In this document: piece after piece, positions 48,550-60,408 of the stretch
Numbering within the stretch: the first letter of the stretch is position 1
Layout: the number at the start of each line of letters is the position of its first letter
Assembly (NCBI RefSeq): GCF_036971445.1
Contig: NC_091473.1
Coordinates: 72,106,001-72,170,000, forward strand
Direction: 5' to 3'
DNA length: 64,000 bases
Source of the DNA: Narcine bancroftii
Lineage: Eukaryota
The notes under the pieces: generated by a model
Database searches by the model: none
Told to the model about the DNA's origin: nothing
Seen by the model: only the letters and a program-made list of their open reading frames with translations
Program-made: the position numbers and the translations under genes

Positions 48550-51500
48550 TTTTTTTTAAATTTTTTATTTTTCACACCATAAATACATTAGCCATGATAT
48601 ACACTTTTTCTTTTTCACACATATACAGTGACTTTTTCTCCCCGCCCCCGTCCCTCCTCCCAAGCCACCCCCCCACCACCCCCCCTCTCATCCATTTTAG
48701 GTATACAATCTAGGTTGCATTAAACCAGTCAGACCATGTTGTCATTCAACAAAAATACACCAGAAATTCTACTGAGTCCATTCTTTTCTTTCCTTCTCCT
48801 TCCATCAACTTAGGTAATGTTTGTCCCTGGTAGGTTTTCGCTATTGTATTTAATGTAGGGCTCCCATACTTGTTCGAATATTTCAATATTATTTCTTAAA
48901 CTATATGTTATTTTTTCTAATGAAATACATTTATTCATTTCTATATACCATTGTTGTATTTTCAAATTATCTTCCAATTTCCAGGTTGACATAATACATT
49001 TTTTTGCTACGGCTAGGGCTATCTTAACAAATCTTTTTTGTGCATCCTCCAAATCAATTCCAAATTCTTTGTTTTTTATGTTACTTAGGAGAAAGATCTC
49101 TGGATTCTTTGGTATATTGTTTTCTGTTATTTTATTTAATATCTGATTGAGATCATCCCAAAATTTTTCTACTCTCTCACATGTCCAGATTGCATGAATT
49201 GTTGTTCCCATTTCTTTTTTACATCGAAAACATCTATCAGATACTGTTGGGTCCCATTTATTTAACTTTTGCGGTGTAATGTATAGTCTGTGTAACCAAT
49301 TATATTGTATCATACGTAGCCTCGTATTTATTGTATTTCTCATCGTTCCAGAACATAATTTCTCCCATGTTTCCTTTTTTATCTTTATATTTAAATCTTG
49401 TTCCCATTTTTGTTTAGCTTTACCATTTGTTTCCTCATTCTCCTTTTCTTGCAGTTTAATATACATATTTGTTATAAATCTTTTGAATAACATTGTATCT
49501 GTAATCACATATTCAAGGATACTTCCCTCTGGTAAACTCAAATTGCTTCCTAATTTATCTTTCAAGTAGGATCTCAGTTGGTAATATGCCAGCGCTGTAT
49601 CTCCAGTTATATTGTACTTATCTCTCATTTGTTCAAAGGATAAGAATCTACTTCCTGAAAAACAATTTTCTATTCTTTTAATCCCTTTTTTTTCCCATTC
49701 TCTAAAGGAAAGGTTATCTATTGTAAAAGGGAGTAGCTTATTTTGCGTCAATATTAGTTTTGGTAATTGATAATTTGTTTTATTTCTTTCTACATGAATC
49801 TTCTTCCAAATATTGAGGAGATGATGTAATACTGGAGAAGTTCTATGTTGTACCAATTTTTCGTCCCATTTATATAATATGTGTTCAGGTATCTTTTCCC
49901 CTATTTTATCTAATTCTAATCTCGTCCAGTCTGGTTTTTCCCTTGTTTGATAAAAATCTGATAGGTATCTTAATTGTGCGGCTCTATAATAATTTTTGAA
50001 GTTTGGCAATTGTAAGCCTCCTTGTTTATACCATTCTGTTAATTTATCTAGTGCTACCCTCGGTTTCCCCCCTCTCCATAAAAATTTCCTTATTATTTTC
50101 TTTAACTCTTTGAAGAATTTTTCTGTCAGTTGTATTGGCAATGCCTGAAATAAGTATAATATCCTTGGAAAAATGTTCATTTTAATACAGTTTATCCTTC
50201 CTATCAGTGTTAGTGGTAGATCTTTCCAATGCTCTAAATCGTCCTGTAATTTTTTCATTAGTGGATTGTAATTGAGTTTATATAATTGGCCTAGATTTTT
50301 GTTTATTTGTACACCTAGGTATCTTATTGCCTGCATTTGCCATCTGAATGGAGATTCCTTCTTAAATTTTGAGAAATCCACATTATTCATAGGCATTGCT
50401 TCACTTTTATTTACGTTTATCTTGTAACCCGACACTTCTCCATATTCCTTCAATTTCTTATATAATTCTTTTATTGATAGTTCTGGTTCTGTTAAGTACA
50501 CTATAACATCATCCGCAAATAGACTGATTTTATATTCCCTGTCTTTTATTTTTATTCCTTTTATATTATTATCTATTCTTATCAATTCTGCTAGTGGTTC
50601 TATAGCTAGCGCAAACAATAAAGGTGATAGTGGGCATCCCTGCCGCGTTGACCTGCTTAAGTTAAATTGCTTTGATACATGTCCATTTACTGTCACTTTC
50701 GCTAACGGTCCCTTATATAATGCTTTAATCCAATTAATATACTTCTCCGGTAAACTGAATTTTTGCAATACTTTGAACAAATAATTCCATTCTACTCTGT
50801 CGAAGGCCTTCTCTGCGTCTAAAGCAACTGCTACTGTAGGTGCTTTATTTCCTTCTACTGCATGAATTAAGTTAATAAATTTACAAATATTGTCTGTTGT
50901 GCGTCTTTTTTTGATAAATCCAGTTTGGTCTAAATTTACCATTTTCGGTACCTGTTCTGCTAATCTGTTTGCTAATAGTTTAGCTATTATCTTATAATCT
51001 GTGTTTAGCAAAGATATTGGTCTATATGACGCTGGTGAGAGTGGATCTTTCCCTTGTTTTAGTATTACTGTAATTATTGCTGTTTTACATGAATCTGGTA
51101 AGTTTTGTGTCTCATCAATCTGGTTGATTACATCCAGGAGGGGCGGTATTAATAAGTCTTTAAATGTTTTGTAGAATTCTATTGGAAATCCATCCTCTCC
51201 TGGTGTCTTATTATTTGGTAATTTTTTTATAATCTCTTGTATTTCTACTGTTCCAAATGGTTCTGTTAATTTATTTTGTTCCTCTATTTGTAGTTTTGGT
51301 AGTTCAATTTTAGTCAAAAATTCATCTATTTTCCCTTCTTTCCCTTCGTTTTCAGTTCGGTATAATTGTTCATAGAATTCTCTAAAGTTTTCCTTAATTT
51401 CTTTTGGATTATATGTAATTTGTTTGTCTTTTTTCCTTGATGCCAATACCATTTTCTTAGCTTGCTCTGTCTTAAGCTGCCATGCTAGGATTTTGTGCGT

Positions 51501-51661
51501 TTTTTCACCTAGTTCATAATATTTCTGTTTTGTCTTCATTATATTCTTCTCTACCTTATATGTTTGTAATGTTTCATATTTTATTTTTTTATCCGCCAAT
51601 TCTCTTCTTTTAGTTGTATCTTCCTTCATTGCTAATTTTTTTTCTATGTTTACTATTTCCC
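48550..51661 (-). mobile_element. Young 5'-truncated L1-clade LINE with 19-bp TSD
   Basis: TTTAGAAATACTTGATCTT at 48531-48549 and 51662-51680, with AATAAA and an A tail on the minus strand. Confidence 0.96.
48810..51629 (-). CDS. L1 ORF2 fragment (RT and C-terminal Cys domain, endonuclease missing), 939 aa without stops
   Basis: KTPGEDG, YRPISLLNTDYK, LDAEKAFD, TRQGCPLSPLLF, LFADD, YLGV and CFRC..H..WTC. Confidence 0.95.
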   Translation of the reverse strand: MKEDTTKRRELADKKIKYETLQTYKVEKNIMKTKQKYYELGEKTHKILAWQLKTEQAKKMVLASRKKDKQITYNPKEIKENFREFYEQLYRTENEGKEGKIDEFLTKIELPKLQIEEQNKLTEPFGTVEIQEIIKKLPNNKTPGEDGFPIEFYKTFKDLLIPPLLDVINQIDETQNLPDSCKTAIITVILKQGKDPLSPASYRPISLLNTDYKIIAKLLANRLAEQVPKMVNLDQTGFIKKRRTTDNICKFINLIHAVEGNKAPTVAVALDAEKAFDRVEWNYLFKVLQKFSLPEKYINWIKALYKGPLAKVTVNGHVSKQFNLSRSTRQGCPLSPLLFALAIEPLAELIRIDNNIKGIKIKDREYKISLFADDVIVYLTEPELSIKELYKKLKEYGEVSGYKINVNKSEAMPMNNVDFSKFKKESPFRWQMQAIRYLGVQINKNLGQLYKLNYNPLMKKLQDDLEHWKDLPLTLIGRINCIKMNIFPRILYLFQALPIQLTEKFFKELKKIIRKFLWRGGKPRVALDKLTEWYKQGGLQLPNFKNYYRAAQLRYLSDFYQTREKPDWTRLELDKIGEKIPEHILYKWDEKLVQHRTSPVLHHLLNIWKKIHVERNKTNYQLPKLILTQNKLLPFTIDNLSFREWEKKGIKRIENCFSGSRFLSFEQMRDKYNITGDTALAYYQLRSYLKDKLGSNLSLPEGSILEYVITDTMLFKRFITNMYIKLQEKENEETNGKAKQKWEQDLNIKIKKETWEKLCSGTMRNTINTRLRMIQYNWLHRLYITPQKLNKWDPTVSDRCFRCKKEMGTTIHAIWTCERVEKFWDDLNQILNKITENNIPKNPEIFLLSNIKNKEFGIDLEDAQKRFVKIALAVAKKCIMSTWKLEDNLKIQQWYIEMNKCISLEKITYSLRNNIEIFEQVWEPYIKYNSENLPGTNIT

Positions 51662-52099
51662 TTTAGAAATACTTGATCTTGAAGAGCGCTCGCCTTCTGT
51701 AAATTGCAAAGGACTTATTTTACTCCTTCCTCCCTCGCAACCACATCCCATTGCCCTCCACAAGTTGCACGCACTTCTCCACCCTGACAATATTGTTCAC
51801 TGCAGCAAGGCTCAAATTACAAATAGAGCAAAAAAAAAGATGTAACCCTGTGGTTGACGAAAATACAAAACGGAGCTTTCAGTGATGGAAATCTCCAACA
51901 GGTCAAGCAGTGACAGTGGAGGGAGGAAAGAGGAGTCAATCGTTAGAACTTAACCAGCTGCATTTCATTAAGATGAGAGGGACAGTGAGAGTAGAGAGTC
52001 AGAGTGAGATCAGAAGCTCCATCTGGCATGACTCATCCAGATATGTTGCATAGTAGTAGCAGGACTGACCTGCCATCTCCCAACATTCCAACCCATTGT

Positions 52100-52766
52100 A
52101 ATGGAGAGATGGTGGCCGCCACAGGGTGGCACTGCAGAGTTCCTATTCAGAGGACATGCCAATCAAGGTTGGTCTCACCCCAAGCCATCAAAGTGATCCT
52201 CGTGATTGGCCCTTTCAAATTACCAGGTACTGGGTTCCAGGCAGCCTGGCTAGATTTAGCCCTGACCTTCACCTAATTGGCCATGTGAACCACCTGGGCT
52301 GACCCCTGGCTGAGCCCCTGCACTTGGCTTCAAGCCATTGGTCACAACAGCCGATGGGGCCCAGCCTGCCTCCAAGTGATTGGCCTCCCAATACCTGCTG
52401 CAGGACCATACTTTCCTTTGCTCTCTCTCGAATCTTCATGGCTCATGAGTATCATCTTCTGTATTACAGTGGGGTGAGACCTGAGGCCAGTTAGTTAGAG
52501 CCGTGTCTGTACAGGTCAAGGGGTGGGGGCACATAGTGTTACCTTGATCTGATTGTTTACTGTATGTGTGTTTGCACCATTCCTAAGTTTTGTCAGTTTC
52601 CCTCATAACCTGCAGTGCATATTCATCCCCTTGCAAACTGGTTAAGTTAATTTAGCATTTAGATTCCATTGTTTCCTCTGCATCTCTTGAGGAATAAGCT
52701 TGTGCTTTGTACCTGGATCTCAGTCTGGTTCTTAACCTGTGGGACCCACAGAAACTACTTATAACA
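52100..52766 (+). mobile_element. Possible solo LTR (ERV- or Gypsy-like)
   Basis: Several (G)ATTGG boxes, a CT-rich R-like stretch, a degenerate poly(A) signal and an end in ATAACA. The left boundary is not resolved. Confidence 0.35.
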
Positions 52767-52914
52767 CCCACGCACCTATCTCCGACCAACCAGCCATGTA
52801 ACCCACTGAGAGGCAGAACAATTTAAAGATAAAAAAAGAACCCAGGCCAATTTTGAGGCAGGAAAAATTATTTCAAAAGTGCTCCAAGGTCAAAGAAGCA
52901 AATTCCAACAGAAA

Positions 52915-53495
52915 ACAACTGTCATCAGGAAATTCTTTCTGATATCAGCCAAATTTAGTTATTTCGCTGCTCTGTGTGGCCTCCTCCACATTGGTGAAAC
53001 CAAACACAGTTTAGGTGACCACTTCACCAAACACCTGCATCTTATCTGTGGTAAAACAAAAAAGACTGTAGACACCCGTGGTTAAAGCGGTTGAAGTAAG
53101 AACACACAATGCTGAAGAAACTCAGTAGGTCAAACAGTGTCCTTTATAGAGCAAAGGTAAAAATAAATAACCAATGTTTTGGACTTGTGCCCTTCAATGT
53201 ATACTTTGATGAAGGGTTCAACCCCGAAACGTCAGTTCTGTATCTTTCCCTTTGCTCTATACAGGACGCTGTGTGACCTGCTGAGTTTCTCCAGCATCGT
53301 GTGTTCTTACCTGTGGGTTTAAGCTTGAGCTTTTTGTAGCCAACCGTTTCAACTCTCCCAGCCTTCCCTGCACAGATATGTCTGTCCACAGCTTCAGCCT
53401 CAAGGGAGAGGCTAAATGTAAACCTGTGAAACAACACATCATATTCCTCATGGACAGGTTTAAGCCTAAAAGCATGAACATTGATTTTAGGTAAC
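52915..53495 (+). mobile_element. Penelope-like GIY-YIG endonuclease fragment, interrupted at 53052-53310
   Basis: LCGLLHIGETKHSLGDHFTKHL, then EAKCKPVKQHIIFLMDRFKPKSMNIDF. Confidence 0.75.
53052..53310. mobile_element. Fold-back Penelope pseudo-LTR cassette with minimal hammerhead motif
   Basis: Imperfect inverted arms of about 105 bp (53096-53198 and 53206-53310). Contains TGATGAAGGG-TTCAA-CCCCGAAACGTC. Flanked by CTGTGG on both sides. Confidence 0.75.
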
Positions 53496-54038
53496 CCCAC
53501 CTTTATATGGTGCCACAGTTTCCATTTCTTCTTTACCAACTCGATGTACCATCAATAATCACGAAAGGCTGATATTAACTAAAGATAGGAACTACCCACA
53601 ACCTCATCAAATGATCGAAGCAAAGAGAAAGGAAACATCCAAGGGGCTATGGGTTGGATCACTTGAGTCCAGCTGGCAGTAGCCAGTCATGGCACAACAG
53701 TGGTTTGCTACATTACTGCTGTTCTTACTTTATCTCCAATTCTTTCATCATTCACCCAACCACCCCCCCCCCAACCACACCCATACTCTCCCCCTATCAC
53801 TTCAATCCTCTCACCTTTTGCCCAATACTCATATCAACTTTTGACCCCTCACCAGAACCTTTATATATGTAATATCAACTCATTTTTGAACTTGGTCTTA
53901 ATTAAGGGCCCCGACCTGAAACATTGACGGACCATTTTTACCCCTGGACACTGAATTCTTCCAGCAGCTCTTTGTTTCCTCTGGATATCTCAACTGTTTG
54001 GTATTCATCTTTCAGCTGTCATTAGATCATGGAGTTAG

Positions 54039-54539
54039 AGTTCAGCTGTTTCTTTCCTGTGTCAGCAGTCGTGTTTTGCTTCTCCCCTTCTATTTAATAC
54101 TGAAGTACATTATAGTTCAGCTGTTTCTTTCCTTTGTTGGCAGTCGTGTTTTGCTTCTCCCCTTCTATTTAACACTGAAGTACATTATAGTTCAGCTGTT
54201 TCTTTCCTGTGTTGGCAGTCGTGTTTTGCTTCTCCCCTTCTATTTAACACTGAAGTACATTATAGTTCAGCTGTTTCTTTCCTGTCTCGGCAGTCGTGTT
54301 TTGCTTCTCCCCTTCTATTTAACACTGAAGTACATTATAGTTCAGCTGTTTCTTTCCTGTGTCGGCAGTCGTGTTTTGCTTCTCCCCTTCTATTTAACAC
54401 TGAAGTACGTTATAGTTCAGCTGTTTCTTTCCTGTGTCGGCAGTCATGTTTTGCTTCTCCCCTTCTATTTAACACTGAAGTACATTATAGTTCATCTGTT
54501 TCTTTCCTGTGTCGGCAGTCGTGTTTTGCTTCTCCCCTT
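54039..54539. repeat. 75-bp minisatellite, about 6.7 near-identical copies
   Basis: Units start at 54039, 54114, 54189, 54264, 54339, 54414 and 54489. Confidence 0.97.
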
Positions 54540-54754
54540 TTGACTTCCACTGGTGCAGTTATCAGTAGTACCCTTACCTCAGATGAAGGGTCAAAAGCAA
54601 GGCATGAAATTATATAGTGCTTTTTATGTCCAATGATCATCCCAAAGCACTTTATAGCCAACAAAGCACTTTTAAAGCAGCAGCTCCCAATTAATACCTG
54701 AATAACAAATGGGCACATTAACTACTTTGGTGAAATATAAGTGTCAGTCAGATT

Positions 54755-54995
54755 GGGGTGGCATGGTTGGCATAGCAGTTAGTGCCACGATTGGGACCAG
54801 GGTTCAAATCCCGTGCTGCCAGTAAGGTGTTTGTACGTTCTCTGCATGGGTTTTCCCTGGGGGGCTCCGGTTTCCTCTCACTGTTCAAAAACATAGGGTG
54901 GGGGCTGTAGGTCATTCAGGTGTAATTGGGGGGGCACAGGCTCAAGGGCTGAAATGGTTTGTTGTTGTGCTGTATGTCTACAATTTAAATAAATA
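54755..54995 (+). mobile_element. V-SINE (HE1-like)
   Basis: TGGCATAGCAGTTAG A-box-like, GGTTCAAATCC B-box and GTACGTTCTC...CTCCGGTTTCCTC. Confidence 0.78.
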
Positions 54996-55064
54996 AATAT
55001 TTCATTTGAATTTAACACACTGAGGTACTCCTTTGCAATTGTGCCATTTTTTGAGCTCAAAACA

Positions 55065-55280
55065 AAAATTAGCTCAACAAGGTGAGCAACATCAATGGGA
55101 GAGAAAAAAATTGGTTAGCATTGTGGTCCAGAATCCCTCATCAAGAATGATGAAGGGACTTGATGAAGGGTTCCAGCCCACAACATTGACAATTCTTTAT
55201 CTCCCTTTGATACTGCTTGATCTGCTGAGTTCTTCCAACAAAGTATGGCTCCAGATTCCAACATCTGCAATCTCCTGTTT
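55065..55280. mobile_element. Fold-back Penelope pseudo-LTR pair
   Basis: CCCTCATCAAG and CTTGATGAAGGG form the inverted centre. Degenerate hammerhead TGATGAAGGG-TTCCAG-CCCACAAC. Confidence 0.6.
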
Positions 55281-55585
55281 GCCTATAGGCTTTTGCCATT
55301 ACCAATCAACTGTGAATATGAATTACTTATTTTATTTTCTCTTACTTTTATATTATTAATCATAATTATATTGTTAGTTTCTGTTATGAATCTGGAAAGC
55401 TGAAACAAGTAAGACATTCGTTCATCTGCACATTGAATTCATGTATAGCATAAACTCTCATTCTCATTAAAAAAACTGCTTCTCCAGTAGTATGGCAGTC
55501 TGTCAGTGTTGCAGTAACATCGACCTCAAATTTTGAACTCTGCTCTCTAGAGAGAGATGGAAATCCACAAGCTCATCAATTAGAG

Positions 55586-56775
55586 CACACATGTCAAACT
55601 CTGGCCCGCGGGCCAAATTTGGCCCGCGATATAATTATATTTGGCCCGCAAGATCATTTCAAAAATGTATTAGAGGTGGCCCGCTCTGCAGCGAGAGCCG
55701 ATGCTGTTTTTTGGTAATGTCACCTCCACCATCCTCCCCCTTCATTGCACATCCTTCCCCATTGTAACACGAAAAATTGTAACACGAGAAGTCTGTCGAT
55801 GTCATCAGCCGGCAAGCCAGTTGGAAGGCTCCCCGCACAACCAGTCACTTCCCCCACCTGTCGAGCGGTGCGGCGGATGGGCGAGCGCCTGTGATTTCCT
55901 GTCGGCGTGACGGGCATGGCAGGCTGCGCATGGCCCCCGGGCAGCACGAGCCCCGCGCGACTGGCACCGGACGGCCCTTCCACAGCGCGAGCACACTTCT
56001 CCCGGTCGCCACGGCCTTCAGCGCTTGCACCCACGCAGACCCCATGGACAGCTGGTTCAGCCCTGCACGTGAAGAGAGAGATGGTGGCTGTCCGCAAAGG
56101 CTGATCGGCAGCGCGCTGGGCCTGAGTGGGTGGGTAAGCAGGGGTGGGCAGAGGGTGTAGGTGAGGAGTAATGGGCAGGGGAAGTTATGGTGGTGCGAGG
56201 GGCAGTCAGAGGGAGGGATGAGTAGAAGGAGGGGTGGATAGGGAAGAGGTAAAAGGGGAGGGGCAGGGCGAGTAGGGGAGGGGTGATTAGAGGGTGAGAG
56301 ACGGGTAGAGGGAGGAACAGGTTGAGGGGAGAAGCAGTAGAGGGGCGTATATAGGATGGGGTGGGTAGAGGCAGAGCGAGTGGAGTGAGGGGTGAGTAGA
56401 GGTTGGGTAAAGGACTGGTCAGGTAGAGGGATGATGGGTCGAGGGTGAATAGAGGCCTAGAGCCTGAGGAGTGAGCAGGAAATGCTGAGTCCTGATGCAG
56501 GCCAAAATGGACACAGCCTGTGAATGCTGACTACATCTCCATAGGGACCAAATAGGTTTCCCTCAGGTCAAGCAAAGGGTGAACTTGAGCTACCTATTCC
56601 TGACCTGTAACATTATCCTCCTAAAGTTATATCCTAAAGTTTAACATTACATATGTTGAAAGAAGAGAAAACATGCAGATGTTGTTGAAAATTTTCAATA
56701 AATATTTAGTTCGGCCCTCGACTTAGTCCAAGTTTTTAATTTTGGCCCTCTGTGAATTTGAGTTTGACACCCCTG
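55586..56775. mobile_element. Non-autonomous hAT (Charlie-like) DNA transposon, 1190 bp, with 8-bp TSD
   Basis: AATTAGAG at 55578-55585 and 56776-56783. Termini CACACATGTCAAACTC and GAGTTTGACACCCCTG. Subterminal GGCCCG repeats. Confidence 0.92.
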
Positions 56776-56935
56776 AATTAGAGGATACAGTGCTGGCAAA
56801 TGAACCACCATTGGTATTTTCACTGCATGGGGCAGATTAAAATAATTTGCTGAAAATGTCCACTCCCTATTTTTGTTCTCATCAGGGCCAGCCATGGCTT
56901 GAATGGTCTGCTTAGTCTCTGTTCCTTTTTCTCAG

Positions 56936-57102
56936 CTGGTCAGGCTGCCTTCAGGAGTTTCCTCCGGAAAGAATTCAGTGAGGAGAACATTGACTTCTGG
57001 CTTTCCTGCGAGGCCTACAAGAAGATCAAGTCTCCTACGAAGCTGGCTTCTCAGGCCAAGAGGATGTACTCACAATTCATAAAAAGTGAGGCTCCTAAAG
57101 AG
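56936..57102 (+). CDS. RGS21: RGS21-like gene, 167-bp exon ([26 protein letters not shown]...FIKSEAPKE)
   Basis: Acceptor TTCCTTTTTCTCAG and donor GAG/GTATT. Contains the RGS signature EFSEENIxFW. Confidence 0.96.
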
Positions 57103-58299
57103 GTATTGGATTTGGTTATTTCAATAATGACTTCAATTAAAGTAAAATTTTGGAAGTTTTTTTACCGCCTTGTTTTAAATTCTGAATTTTAATATTTAAA
57201 CCTGTGTCCAATTCCTTCCAACATGATTCGATGTCTCTACAACTGCCTCTCACAAAACAAGCCTTTGATGAACCTTCCATGTTCCTAGAATTTTAGCCTT
57301 TGTCTTCCTCTGCTTCATCCATCTCATTTTTGTAGTCTTGCCTTCAACCCACATTTTGGAATTCTCTCTCCAATTATATCTGTCAAATGTTCTCTCCTCT
57401 TTAAGATGTTTCTTAATCTTTTGGTCAGCTATCCTAATGTATTTTTCCTTGACTCACTCTATGCCTATGTCTCAAAGCATTCCCAAAGAAAATTGGGATA
57501 TTTTATAACCTTAAAAGCTCTATCTAAATGAAAGTTATATTGTTATATTAACCTGCTTCAAATCTTTTTTTTAGCAATTAGTTTTTTTTAAATTTTATTT
57601 AAAATCATAATAATTCATACAATAAAAATACAAACAATGACATAGCATTTTAACCCTTTACAACCCCCACCTCCTACCCTAACCCACCCCACAATTTTAG
57701 GCTGACATAATCAGAAACCCATGAAAATACTTGGCAGGTTATTGCACTAGCCATTGAAGTGTGTGTAGCTAGCAGTGTTCTCCAACACACATAGAATACT
57801 CTCTTATTCACACCCAAAACAGCATTCCATTTTCAGACATGAATTGGGAGACAGGGGAAAAAGATTTTTTATCATCTCAGAGGACGGAGAGGTATTCATG
57901 CAAAAATGATGCCAAATCACCAACTTAGGCTGTGAAGTAATCATATTCAGTTGAGGTACATTGGTGGCTCAGTGTGACAGTCACTCGTAAGAACAAACTT
58001 ATTTGTTGTTTTGTGCTTTAGTTGAGTGCATGTCAGTCTATGGAGCAGGTGAGACCACAAAATAGTTGTTGCAGCTTACCTGTAGTCTGCTCTTTCATGT
58101 TTGGAAATGATAGCCTGGCTCACATGTGCATGGTTAACAAGCCAACACCAACAACCCAGCCATTAGCAGCTTGCCTTTGGCATTCAAACTTCACTAATTT
58201 ATAATGGCATATTTGGAACTCATGGGAGAATTAACCAAATATTTCCTGCCTGTCTTCACAGGAGACAAAAGTAAATCTACCAAAAATATAAAATCTGGA

Positions 58300-58740
58300 A
58301 GATTTAGCTGGAATGAGGGAAATTAGTATTAGATAAAATCATGTCCTGGAGATGTTGCTGAGTCCAAATTTCATTACATCCTCATGACTATCTCATAGAT
58401 TTTAAAGAGTTGGTGCTGCATTGGTTATCATCCATCAAAGTTTCTATAAGTTCTGAAATGGCTCCTGAGGATTGGAGGTGAGCAGCTGTAACGTGGTTAT
58501 TCAAGAACCTTTTAGCCTGACATCAGCTGTAGACAAAATGCTGCAGTCTGTTGTGAAGGATGAGATAACAGAACACTTTGCAAGAAAATAATAGGTTTGA
58601 ACAGAGTCAACATAGACTTATAAAATGGAAATCATGTTTGATGTGTCTGTTGGGATTCTATATGTGACCATATAGATAAATAGGAACTAATGCATATGGT
58701 GTATGAGGCTTTTGATAAGGTCTCACTCACATGCCTCACA
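58300..58740 (+). mobile_element. Old CR1-type RT fragment
   Basis: PEDWR.AAVT.LFK, KSCLMCLLGF and AFDKVS remnants. Confidence 0.6.
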
Positions 58741-59639
58741 TTGAGCTGTGCCACTCCAGGACAACAAGCCCCAATGGTTCGTGTGCATAAAAACAGATTT
58801 TGGAAGCCTGAAATAGATGGAGGAAGTGAAAGGTCTTCAATCCAAAATGTTAGATCTATTTCTTCTTTCACAGGCATTGCCAGACATGTTTTCAGCACAG
58901 TTTGTTTTTATTACTGTTGATGGTGTACTTTGCATTTGATTAAAAAACATGTTTGATCATTCCTTGACGTCATCTCCCTGTCTGGGCTTCCTTGCATGCA
59001 AGATCAAATGTGAGATTTTGCATGTTTATTAACTTGGATTGAATTTGCACATTTTTTAACACACCAAGAAAAAGATACTCATTCAGCACTAGGTGCCAAT
59101 TGTTCAGTTCTAAGACTGGAACATCGAAATGACTAAACGTACACTGATCGTCTTGCCAGATTCCTGATTCAAAATTCCATTTATTGTCATCTGCACAAAA
59201 TACACAAAAAATGTTTTCCTTTATTTGCCCTGTAAATATAGATTTGTAACTCTCATAATATTTGACAGATTAAGATTGAAGCAACCGTATAGCTTTACTA
59301 AACATCTTTTTCCTTCCATGCCACAATTTGAGTTTGATGAATGTCTCTTATTTTGCTCCTCTATGGCATAATTTTCACCATTACCATTGATTTTCATGAT
59401 GTCATTTGCTGTAAAAAGTAATTTCTATATGTTCTAAATATAATCAGAAAATATCATGCATCTATTGTTTGCACCAAAGCTTCCAATGGAACCAGCTTGA
59501 GTTAAGGTAACAATTTCATCCTTACCTGCTCCAGTAGTAATACAGGGTCTATTAGAGCCCATTTACACAAGATGGTGCTATTCCTGCCATGTTTCATTTT
59601 TGTACCTTTATTTTTGCACAGTAGTCTTTCAGGGAGCTT

Positions 59640-59885
59640 TCTTCATAACTTGAAGGTCTTCATTCAGGCATGGAAGAGGTTGGTAGATCCATAAGTTAAC
59701 CCATACTCCATGCCATCATCAGCTCCCACTGCCTTGGGAAAGTCTACTGAAGAAAACATCCCTCCTCAGTCACACTGTCTTCTTCTTCTCCTCTCTCTTC
59801 GGGCAGAAGAGACACAAGTTTGAAAACATGCACCTCCAGATTCAAGTATGTTTCCTTGCTTTCTGTTATCAAACTCTTGAATGGA
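59640..59885 (+). mobile_element. Old Rex1/Babar-type 3' fragment
   Basis: LSSGRRDTSLKTCTSRFK pattern. Confidence 0.55.
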
Positions 59886-60009
59886 ACTCTCACTGGAATA
59901 AAACGATGCACCTGCACTGTTTAATTTATTTTCTTTTTAACACTTGTGTCCTGCACTTTTGTCTTACATGGCACTTTTGCTTTATTATAACACCATGTCT
60001 TCCTGAAGA

Positions 60010-60320
60010 ACGCAACAAAAAAGGAACAAGAGACGCCATCATTCCCCTCAATTCGGTGTTATCATGAGTGATCTAAGCTGGCCTCAACTCCTCATCTGTG
60101 CTGGCTCCTATATGCTTAATTCCTCAATCTTTTAAATATTTTTTTCTATCTTCACCTTACAAATATCTAATGATCTGACCTCCATCAATCTTGGGAGCAG
60201 AGACTTCCAAAGATCCACTGCCCTCTGAGAGAAACCTCTACACACCTCAGTTTTAAATATACAGCGCTTTATTTCACAGCGATGTCGCTTTGTTCGTGCC
60301 TCTCCCACTAGTTCATATGC
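60010..60320 (-). mobile_element. CR1-type 3' fragment
   Basis: FKTEVCRGFSQRAVDLWKSL. The 3' UTR resembles 44420-44530. Confidence 0.7.
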
Positions 60321-60408
60321 ACAACTCACATGATACCTTCAGGAAAAAAAAAGATATAGCAAGGAAAAATAGCTCAGGCTCTAAAGATTTTAATTTTCTT
60401 TCTCATAG

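Noticed and set aside
54039-54539. CRISPR array, or a real 181-aa membrane protein (ORF 53998-54543)
   Set aside because: The units are contiguous with no unique spacers, and there are no cas genes in this eukaryotic context. The ORF is a by-product of a 75-bp unit with one stop-free frame.
56899-57192. Single-exon 97-aa RGS ORF or processed pseudogene
   Set aside because: Similarity is confined to 56936-57102 between canonical splice sites, and the flanking residues are intron read-through.
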